From the NCBI GenBank assembly GCA_947627715.1, contig CANQXK010000006.1:17355-81354 (forward strand): DNA of 64,000 bases, in the 5' to 3' direction. This DNA comes from an uncultured Oscillospiraceae bacterium. GTDB taxonomy: Bacteria > Bacillota > Clostridia > Oscillospirales > Oscillospiraceae. Shown piece after piece: positions 51,268-58,728 of this stretch. The translations under genes were made by a program, and so were the position numbers. The notes beneath the pieces are model-generated. The model was given only the letters and a program-made list of their open reading frames with translations, did no database searches and had not been told where the DNA came from. The stretch's first letter is position 1. Every line of letters begins with the position of its first letter.

Positions 51268-53058
51268 TCACTGTATAGGCTCAAAGTCCGCCGCGCCGTG
51301 CTTGCACAGGGGGCAGACAAAGTCCTCAGGCAGCTCGTCCCCCTCGTAGACGTAGCCGCAGACCTTGCAGACCCAGCCCTTCTTGCCCTCGGTCTTGGGC
51401 TTGGGTTTGACGTTCTGCTGGTAGTAGTTGTAGGTCATGGTCTCCCGGTCGCTCATGACCCGCGCCTCGGTGACGGTGCAGATGAACATACCGTGGGTGT
51501 CCATGTCCAGGTACTGCTCCACCTTCAGGGACATGAAGGAGTTGATGTACTGGGGCAGGAACACAAGGCCGTTGTCGCTGCGAAGCACCTCACTCCCCTG
51601 GAACTTGTCCATGTTCCGGCCGCTTCTGAAGCCGAAGCACTCGAAGACGGAGAAGGGCGCGTCGGTGCTGAGGCAGTTGACGTTCATCTTCCCGGTCTGC
51701 TTGATGATGTGGTGGGAGTAGTTGTCCTTGTTGATGCAGACGGCAATGCGGTTGGGGGAGCTGGTGACCTGGGCGACCGTGTTGACGATGAGGCCGTTGT
51801 CCCGCTTGCCGTCGTTGGAGGTGACCACGTAGAGGCCGTAGCCGATCTTGAAGAGGGCGGACATATCGCTCTTGTTGGCGGTCTCGCCGTTGCGGGCCAC
51901 GTAGTCGCGGGTAAGCTCCTCCGCCAGGGCGTCCAGCTGTGCCTTGCTCTCGTCGCTCAGGGCGGACAGGATATGCACCGTGGCGTCCGTCCAGGTGATG
52001 TTCTTGCAGCCCTCCATCATGGACTTCATCACCTTGGCCGCCTGGGGCGCCCAGGAGCCGTTTTCAATGAGGCCCACGGTGCGGTTCTTGTAGCCCCGCT
52101 CGGTGAGGTGATCGATGAACTCCCGCATGAAGGGGAAGATCTCCGCGTTGTAGGTGGTGGTGGCCAGCACTAACTTTCCATAGCGGAAGGCGTCCTCCAC
52201 CGCCTCGGCCATATCGCACCGGGCAAGGTCGGTGACCACCACCTTGGGGCAGCCGCGGGCCGTCAGCTTCTCCGCCAGCAGCTCCACGGCCTTCTTCGTG
52301 TGGCCATAGACGGAGGTGTAGGCGATGACCACGCCCTCGCTCTCCACCGCGTAGCTGGACCAAATGTTGTAAAGGTTCAGGTAGTAGCCCAGGTTCTCCG
52401 TGAGCACCGGCCCGTGGAGGGGGCAGATGATCTGAATATCCAGGCCCGCCGCCTTCTTCAAAAGCACCTGCACCTGCGCGCCGTACTTGCCCACGATGCC
52501 GATGTAGTACCGCCGCGCCTCGCAGGCCCAGTCCTCCTCCACGTCCAGCGCGCCGAATTTGCCAAAGCCGTCGGCGGAGAAGAGGACCTTGTCGGTGCTA
52601 TCGTAGGTCACGATGACCTCCGGCCAGTGGACCATGGGCGCGGTGACGAAGGTGAGGGTGTGGCGGCCCAGCGTCAGGGTGTCCCCCTCCCCCACCACGA
52701 TCCGCCTGTCGGCGAAATCCGTGCCGAAGAAGTTCTTCATCATCGTAAACGCCTTCTGGGAGGAGACGACCACCGCCTCCGGGTAGGCTTTCACAAAGCT
52801 CATGATATTGGCCGAGTGGTCCGGCTCCATGTGTTGCACCACCAGGTAGTCGGGCTTCCGCCCGCCAAGGGCCTCGCTGAGGTTGTCAAGCCACTCGTGG
52901 GTGAAGTTCCGATCCACCGTGTCCATGACCGCGACCTTCTCGTCCAGAATGACGTAGGAGTTGTAGGCCATGCCGTTGGGGACCACGTACTGCCCCTCAA
53001 AGAGGTCCACCTTGTGGTCGTTGACGCCGACGTACTTTATGTCTTTTGTAATGTTCAT
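51268..53058 (-). CDS. Multidomain flavodiiron protein (metallo-beta-lactamase-like diiron + flavodoxin + flavin-reductase-like + C-terminal rubredoxin domain)
   Basis: The N-terminus reads ...YVILDEKVAVMDTV...VVQHMEPDHSANI (diiron ligands). The C-terminus reads WVCKVCGYVYEGDELPEDFVCPLCKHG. A GGAGG RBS is present. Confidence 0.85.
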   Translation of the reverse strand: MNITKDIKYVGVNDHKVDLFEGQYVVPNGMAYNSYVILDEKVAVMDTVDRNFTHEWLDNLSEALGGRKPDYLVVQHMEPDHSANIMSFVKAYPEAVVVSSQKAFTMMKNFFGTDFADRRIVVGEGDTLTLGRHTLTFVTAPMVHWPEVIVTYDSTDKVLFSADGFGKFGALDVEEDWACEARRYYIGIVGKYGAQVQVLLKKAAGLDIQIICPLHGPVLTENLGYYLNLYNIWSSYAVESEGVVIAYTSVYGHTKKAVELLAEKLTARGCPKVVVTDLARCDMAEAVEDAFRYGKLVLATTTYNAEIFPFMREFIDHLTERGYKNRTVGLIENGSWAPQAAKVMKSMMEGCKNITWTDATVHILSALSDESKAQLDALAEELTRDYVARNGETANKSDMSALFKIGYGLYVVTSNDGKRDNGLIVNTVAQVTSSPNRIAVCINKDNYSHHIIKQTGKMNVNCLSTDAPFSVFECFGFRSGRNMDKFQGSEVLRSDNGLVFLPQYINSFMSLKVEQYLDMDTHGMFICTVTEARVMSDRETMTYNYYQQNVKPKPKTEGKKGWVCKVCGYVYEGDELPEDFVCPLCKHGAADFEPIQ

Positions 53059-53163
53059 TCCAAAACCTCCAAAACCGTGTGGATAGACCTCATTTTACCA
53101 CGGCGCTTTCGTTTTCGCAACGGGTGACGGAAAACTTCCTTCCAAAATTTTTTGAAAAAGTGG

Positions 53164-53217
53164 TTGACATTTGTTATCCTCCCTGCTATAGTATAGATAA
53201 CAGCTGTTATCTATACT
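53164..53217 (+). promoter_or_regulatory. Promoter plus a 28-bp perfect palindromic operator upstream of the BlaI-like repressor gene
   Basis: TTGACA (53164-53169), a 17-nt spacer, then TATAGT (53187-53192). The palindrome AGTATAGATAACAG/CTGTTATCTATACT (53190-53217) overlaps the -10 and the transcription start region. Confidence 0.7.
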
Positions 53218-53234
53218 GACAGGAGGAGCCTGAA

Positions 53235-53609
53235 ATGGAAAAACTGTCCCTTTCCGACGGAGAATGGAAGCTCATGAACCTTCTGTGGGATGAAAGCCCC
53301 CTGACCATCGGCACAATGGTGAACGCCCTGCGGGACGACACGGCCTGGACGAAGGCCACGGTGAACATCATGCTGGGCCGCCTTGCGGACAAGGGGGCCG
53401 TCCGGGTGGACGACTCCGGGCGGGCAAAAAAGTTTTACCCCCTGATCTCGCGGGACGACGCGGTGCGTCAGGAGGCGAGGAACACGCTGGCCAGGATCCG
53501 AACGGGCGGTCTGGGTCTGCTGGTCAGCACCATGGCGCGGGACTGCGACCTCACGGACGAGGAGATCGACGACCTCTACCGCGTCCTCAAGGAAGGGAGG
53601 AAAAAGTGA
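53235..53609 (+). CDS. BlaI/MecI/CopY-family transcriptional repressor
   Basis: The winged-helix N-terminus reads LSDGEWKLMNLLWDESPLTIGTMVNALRDDTAWTKATVNIMLGRLADKGAV. The protein is 124 aa, with an AGGAGGAG RBS. Confidence 0.85.
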   Translation: MEKLSLSDGEWKLMNLLWDESPLTIGTMVNALRDDTAWTKATVNIMLGRLADKGAVRVDDSGRAKKFYPLISRDDAVRQEARNTLARIRTGGLGLLVSTMARDCDLTDEEIDDLYRVLKEGRKK

Positions 53610-56434
53610 TGGATGTGCTCATCTGGATCTTATCCTCCAGCGTGCTGATTTTGGCGGTCCTTGCCATCCGGGCGCTCTTCGGGCGGAAGCTGCGCCCCGG
53701 CCTTCGGTATGCCCTGTGGGCGTTGGTGCTGGTGCGCCTGCTGGTCCCCGGAAGCTTCTGGCAAAGCCCCGTGAGCGTGGAGTCCGCGGCCTCCGGGGCC
53801 GGGCTTGTCCGGGAACTCAGCGCCCTTGAGAACGTGGAGTCCCTGACCCTCTCCCCTGACGGACGCCTCACCGGCACCCTGCGGGGGGACGCGCCCTCCC
53901 CCGCCGCTCCGGCTCAGCCGGAAACCGTCCCCGGCAAGACCGGCGGCACGGCCTCCGGCGACAGGCAGCGCGTCACCATCGCCGAGAACGTCACCCTGAG
54001 CGAATACACCCGCATGAACAGGACCCTCACCGTGCGACGGGCGGCCCAGACCGTCTGGGTCACAGGCTGCGTGGCGGTGCTGACCCTGTTTGTCCTGACC
54101 AACATCACGTTTTATGTCAACCTTCACCGCCGCCGCAGGCGGCTGGACGCGGACTGCCCCGTCAGGGTCTACGAGGTGGAGGGGCTTTCTTCCTCCTGCC
54201 TCTTCCTGAACGCGGTCTACGTCAACGCCGAGGCGGCGGAGGACGAGCTGAAGCTCCGCCACGTGCTGGCCCACGAGCTGAGCCACCGGCGGCATCTGGA
54301 CGGGCTGTGGACGCTCCTTCGCTGTGCCGCGCTGACGGTCCACTGGTTCAACCCCTTGGTGTGGCTGGCCGCCTCCGCCTCCCGGCAGGACAGCGAGCTT
54401 TTTGCCGACGCCGGCGCTCTCCGGCGGCTGGGGGACGGGGAGCGGGAGCTTTACGGCCAGACGCTCATCCGCCTCTCGGTACACGCCCCCCACTCCGTCT
54501 CTCCCCTGTGCGCCGCCACCGCCATGTCCGGCGGGAAGAAGGCCCTGCGCCAGCGGGTGGAGCTGATAGCCCGCAGTCCCCGCGCCACCGTGGCCGTCCT
54601 GCTGGCCGTGGCCTTCATCGCCGGGATCGCCGTGGGCTGTACCTTCGCAGGCGCTGTCAGCGAGGAACCCGCCGTCCAGCAAAATATCGGCCCCTCCCCC
54701 GCCGGGACCCCCTCTGAGGGGACCGGGACGCCCACGCTCCCGGATATTGAGTCCACCGGCGGGGAGACGGACCCTGCGCCCATTCCCCCCGCCGCTCCAA
54801 GCGACCCCAACCACTATTTCTACACAGGCGACGGCTGGACCATGGAGGCCCCGAAGCTCCTGGGCGGCGACCCGGCGCTCCCCTTTGAGGCCACGGTCAC
54901 CTCCGGGGACGGGTCCCTTTACTACGCCTTCTCAGCGCCGGACGGCTCGTCCCTCACCGTCTACCGGGACAGATACGCCACCGCCGCGGAGCGGTTCGGC
55001 TTCATGTCCTCCCAGGACGGCAGCACAGGCGATGCGGATTCCCTCACCGTCTCCTATACGGACGAGGACGGAACGCCCCGGGAGGAGCGTTACATCGACT
55101 GCCCGGAGGGGGAGGGCGGTCATTGGGAGATCTGCGTCACCGGCTCCGGCCACCTGGAGGAGCTGCGCCAGATGGCCTCCTCCTTCCGCGTCACCCCCGG
55201 CACAGAGCCGGTGATCGAGAGCGATGTGACGCTGAGACGCCTTTTCGCGGACGCAGAGCTTGACGATATGACCATCACCCGGATCGAGAGAGGCGCGGTG
55301 TGGCCCGCTGCCAGCGCCGCCGGGTCCTGCCACGGGGTGGAGTATCTTGACATTCTCCGCTCCCTGCGCTGGGCGGACGATCTGGCCCCCTATGAGGGCG
55401 AGGACCCCGGCTGGTGCGTGATTCTGGAGACACCCGATTTCCGCATTGCCATGAACGACGTGGGCTGGGCCGGTGTGACCACCGCCCAAGGGAGCTTCGC
55501 GGCGTGGATCGTGGATTATGAGGAGCTTTATCACGGGTCCGGCCTCTTCGGCTGGGACCGGCTCACCGAATGGTACGACGAGGCGGTCGCCGCAGAAAAT
55601 CTCACCGGCGAGCCTACCCAAACGTCCGAGCTTTCGGTCTATGAGAGTGCGGCGCTGAACGCCGCCCTCCTGTACCCCGCGTGGTGGAACGGGACCGTCA
55701 CGCTGTCTGACGGCCAAATCCGCGACGGCTTCTTCCCCGGCTTCTCCGAAGGTGTGCCCTGCGTCCGTATCGACCTTCGGGAGGACGTCTTTGGCGTGCC
55801 GCCCTACGACGCCTTTGATCAGAACGTCGTCTATGAAAATGGCGTGGGATACGTCTACTGGCTCCCCGCCGGCATGAGCGGCCCCGAGGCGGAATCCGGC
55901 GAGAGCGTGACCCTGTACTTCGCCGGGGACGGCAGCGAGCTTCGGTGCTGGCTGCCCATGAACTCGAAGCTCAATTGGCTGGGTGCCGACGCCGGCTCGG
56001 AGGGCGAGCGGATCTTCAACGCCTATGATACCATCGAGTGGGATATCCGGGGCGGGAGCCTGATCGCGCGTCCGGCGGACCAGGCTGAAGGAGAGTCCTA
56101 TGGATCAAATCAGGCGGGGTCCGTTTCCTTTTATGCTGCGCCGATAGATGAAGCGCCATATGTAAACAGGTTAAAACCCGTTCGATACCGTGCCCAACTC
56201 ACCGCGGAACAGGCGGACAGAATCAACCGAATCCTGAACAGCGTAGAATTGTGGCATGATGACAATATCGTTGACAGGATCACGTTTTACTTCGACGGTG
56301 AGTTTCAGCTTGCCGACAGCGATTTTGTGGTTTATTTTTCTGATGAAAACAATGTTCTTTATTACGACTGTTATTTTGCAGAAATTTCAGAGGAGGATAT
56401 TCGGTATATCATGGGCATTGGACAGCCGGATTAA
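53606..56434 (+). CDS. BlaR1/MecR1-like M56 peptidase-domain membrane protein with a ~600-aa uncharacterised C-terminal extracellular region
   Basis: N-terminal TM helices and the HExxH motif in LAHELSHRRHLD. The start is either the GTG at 53606 or the ATG at 53609, overlapping the blaI-like stop. Confidence 0.8.
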   Translation: MMDVLIWILSSSVLILAVLAIRALFGRKLRPGLRYALWALVLVRLLVPGSFWQSPVSVESAASGAGLVRELSALENVESLTLSPDGRLTGTLRGDAPSPAAPAQPETVPGKTGGTASGDRQRVTIAENVTLSEYTRMNRTLTVRRAAQTVWVTGCVAVLTLFVLTNITFYVNLHRRRRRLDADCPVRVYEVEGLSSSCLFLNAVYVNAEAAEDELKLRHVLAHELSHRRHLDGLWTLLRCAALTVHWFNPLVWLAASASRQDSELFADAGALRRLGDGERELYGQTLIRLSVHAPHSVSPLCAATAMSGGKKALRQRVELIARSPRATVAVLLAVAFIAGIAVGCTFAGAVSEEPAVQQNIGPSPAGTPSEGTGTPTLPDIESTGGETDPAPIPPAAPSDPNHYFYTGDGWTMEAPKLLGGDPALPFEATVTSGDGSLYYAFSAPDGSSLTVYRDRYATAAERFGFMSSQDGSTGDADSLTVSYTDEDGTPREERYIDCPEGEGGHWEICVTGSGHLEELRQMASSFRVTPGTEPVIESDVTLRRLFADAELDDMTITRIERGAVWPAASAAGSCHGVEYLDILRSLRWADDLAPYEGEDPGWCVILETPDFRIAMNDVGWAGVTTAQGSFAAWIVDYEELYHGSGLFGWDRLTEWYDEAVAAENLTGEPTQTSELSVYESAALNAALLYPAWWNGTVTLSDGQIRDGFFPGFSEGVPCVRIDLREDVFGVPPYDAFDQNVVYENGVGYVYWLPAGMSGPEAESGESVTLYFAGDGSELRCWLPMNSKLNWLGADAGSEGERIFNAYDTIEWDIRGGSLIARPADQAEGESYGSNQAGSVSFYAAPIDEAPYVNRLKPVRYRAQLTAEQADRINRILNSVELWHDDNIVDRITFYFDGEFQLADSDFVVYFSDENNVLYYDCYFAEISEEDIRYIMGIGQPD

Positions 56435-56448
56435 GCCATGCAAAGAAG

Positions 56449-56553
56449 TAAGGGCGGGTTTGGAACCCGCCCTTACCGTTTGTGTCACATGAACCCCCGG
56501 CTATGCCGGGGGTTCATGTGACACAAACGGACGCGCCGCCCTTTCGGGCGGCG
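56449..56553. terminator. Cluster of three hairpins between convergent genes, including a 26-bp perfect stem with a 3-nt loop
   Basis: - 56449-56475: TAAGGGCGGG...CCCGCCCTTA.
- 56476-56530: CCGTTTGTGTCACATGAACCCCCGGC-TAT-GCCGGGGGTTCATGTGACACAAACGG.
- 56535-56552: GCCGCCC-TTTC-GGGCGGC. Confidence 0.65.
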
Positions 56554-56570
56554 GCATCTTTCTTATTCTC

Positions 56571-57323
56571 CTATTCCTCGTCGTAGATCGTGGAGACCTT
56601 GTAGCGGATGCGCTCCGGGGCGCGGCCGATGGGGAACGTGCGGTAGTGGGCGCGGATGGCCGCCGCGTCGTCCAAGGCCCCAAGCTCCGCCGCGGAGGAA
56701 TACATCTCGTCCCGGATCCGTATAAAGTCCACCAGGACGATCCCCAGCTCGGAGAGGCATTCGCTGATGCGCCTGGCGTTTCGCAGATTCCCCGCCGATA
56801 GAGACGGAAACTCCGACAAACTCCCGCCCGCCAGAATGACGGCGGTGGAGCCGCACATGGCGGCCTTCCCCGTCACGGCCCGGATCAAAAGCTCATCGGA
56901 CCCCACGATGTCACAGCTCAGGGGCCGGAAGTTTTCGTCGAGGCAGATGACGTACATGACCTCGCTCTTCACAAATCTCAGGCGCGGGGAGATAAAGCGC
57001 CGCACCTCCTCCGGGGAGGAGAGAATACACGTGCGCCGCCGCTGTTCCTCGCACCGCCTTGACGCCTCCCCGGCCAGGGTGATGAGAAAAGCGGTGCTCT
57101 CCCCCACGCCGGGCAGCTTCATCAGGTCCTCCTCCGGCATAGCCAGCAGCTCCCCCAGACTCCCGGCCTCCCGGATCAGCTCCTCGGCCATGGGCCGCAC
57201 GTCGCGCCGGGGGATGGCGTTGAAAAGAAGTAGCTCCAAAAGCTGTGCGTCCGTGGGGTCGGTCAGCCTGCCGGATTTAAATTTCTGTCTCATTCTTTTG
57301 CGGTGTCCGTCGTGGTCGCCCAT
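56571..57323 (-). CDS. RadC-like protein with a degenerate JAMM motif
   Basis: A RadC-type N-terminus (HRKRMRQKF...LLELLL...HhH-like LMKLPGVGESTA). Where HNHPSG...D is expected, the sequence is AVILAGGSLSEFPSLSAGN. A GGAGG RBS precedes the ATG at 57321-57323. Confidence 0.65.
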   Translation of the reverse strand: MGDHDGHRKRMRQKFKSGRLTDPTDAQLLELLLFNAIPRRDVRPMAEELIREAGSLGELLAMPEEDLMKLPGVGESTAFLITLAGEASRRCEEQRRRTCILSSPEEVRRFISPRLRFVKSEVMYVICLDENFRPLSCDIVGSDELLIRAVTGKAAMCGSTAVILAGGSLSEFPSLSAGNLRNARRISECLSELGIVLVDFIRIRDEMYSSAAELGALDDAAAIRAHYRTFPIGRAPERIRYKVSTIYDEE

Positions 57324-57325
57324 AC

Positions 57326-58069
57326 TCAAGCCTCCGTCCCCTCTGCGTCCGTGTCCCGGCACGGGCAGTAGATCTGCCGCTCCGGCTCCGTCTCCCCGCG
57401 AAAATCCCCGTGCGCGGCCATGGAGACATAGCTTACGCCGGAGACGACGATGTGGTCAAGGAGCGTGATCCCGGCGTTTTTCAGGCTGTGCAGGAGACTT
57501 TGGGTCACCATCACGTCTGCGTCGGACGGCTCCGGCCCGCCGACGACGTGGTTGTGGGCCAGGATCACGATATGGGTGCCGGAGTTGAACGCCGCGCTCA
57601 CAATGGGAAACGTCCCCGCCTGCGTGGAGAATGCGCCGCCCTCGCCCACGAAGCGGCACTGCTCGCAGCGCAGGTCGTCCGTTAGGCACAGCAGAAGCGC
57701 CGCCTCCCGGTCAAGGAACCGCAGCTTCGGCGCGATATACTTCGCCGCCGCGGCGGGGCTGTCGATGAACCGCGACGCCTCGCGCTCCTCCTCCGCGCGG
57801 GCGCACACCCGCGCCGTGACGCTGAGAAATTCCGCCGTCTCCCGGCTTACGTCCGCGATGCGCTCCAACTCGCTCAGGGAGACGGCGGTGAACCGCTCAA
57901 ACCCGTTCATATGCCCGCAGAGCCGGGTGCCCAGGTCGCGGCTCTTCTGCGCCACGGACGGCGCGCAGAACGTGAGGAGCGACTCGTAGATCTCCTCGTC
58001 CCTCATCTCCGCCACGCCGACACGACGGGAGTGCTCCAGAAGTCTCTCCCTCTTCTCCGGGCGTCCCAT
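57326..58069 (-). CDS. RadC-family JAB/MPN-domain protein
   Basis: ...IVILAHNHVVGGPEPSDADVMVTQSLLHSLKNAGITLLDHIVV retains an HxH...D JAMM-like motif. Confidence 0.7.
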   Translation of the reverse strand: MGRPEKRERLLEHSRRVGVAEMRDEEIYESLLTFCAPSVAQKSRDLGTRLCGHMNGFERFTAVSLSELERIADVSRETAEFLSVTARVCARAEEEREASRFIDSPAAAAKYIAPKLRFLDREAALLLCLTDDLRCEQCRFVGEGGAFSTQAGTFPIVSAAFNSGTHIVILAHNHVVGGPEPSDADVMVTQSLLHSLKNAGITLLDHIVVSGVSYVSMAAHGDFRGETEPERQIYCPCRDTDAEGTEA

Positions 58070-58217
58070 TCCAATTCATCTCCCCAGCTCGTCGATTCCG
58101 TCATAGAGAGCGCGGGCCGCCGCTCGCGCCCGGCCTCCGCAGGCCCCTCTCCCCGCCCGCGCTCCCTCCCCGCCGGGGGCGGAGCCTGCCCTGTCAGGCG
58201 GGCCTTATTTTTATTTT

Positions 58218-58245
58218 ATTATAGCATTTTCAACGCTTCAGTCAA
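58218..58245 (-). promoter_or_regulatory. Sigma-A promoter of the radC-like pair
   Basis: On the minus strand: TTGACT, a 16-nt spacer, then TGCTATAAT. It is followed by a ~150-nt very G-rich leader. Confidence 0.55.
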
Positions 58246-58684
58246 TAGGAAAGCCCTTACGGCGCGGCATTTTTCGCCGCTTTTGCGCCCCCATAGACAG
58301 CAATCGCCCCGCAACCGTCCAACGCGATTGCGGGGCTACGCCACGTGTTCAGTTGTCAAGCTTGAAATGCTCCTTCCATTGTCCCTCTGCCCTTCATTCT
58401 TTCGCTCAGTCCTACCCAGCTTCTTTCATACGCGGGAACCTCCGCTGACGGTGCTGTGGTCTGTGCTCCGGGATGGCGCGCTTCGGGTTTGGCTTGTCAT
58501 TCCGCCTTGAACTCAGCTTTGGCGGAACCGTGTAACCTGTACATCGGAATCCCCTCCTTTGCTGTGACTACAATATACCATATTGCACAAAGAACGTCAA
58601 CCCCATATTTTATTTTTCAGCACAATGACGTCGTTTTTCCTGTTTCCGTTTTTAACCTCTCCCTGTGAGGTTCTGAAAAGCAGG

Positions 58685-58721
58685 AAAAAAGGCCGTTTTA
58701 TGCTCTAAAACGGCCTTTTTT
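58685..58721. terminator. Bidirectional rho-independent terminator after the hybrid kinase gene
   Basis: AAAAAAGGCCGTTTTA-TGCTC-TAAAACGGCCTTTTTT. Confidence 0.8.
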
Positions 58722-58728
58722 ATTCCGA

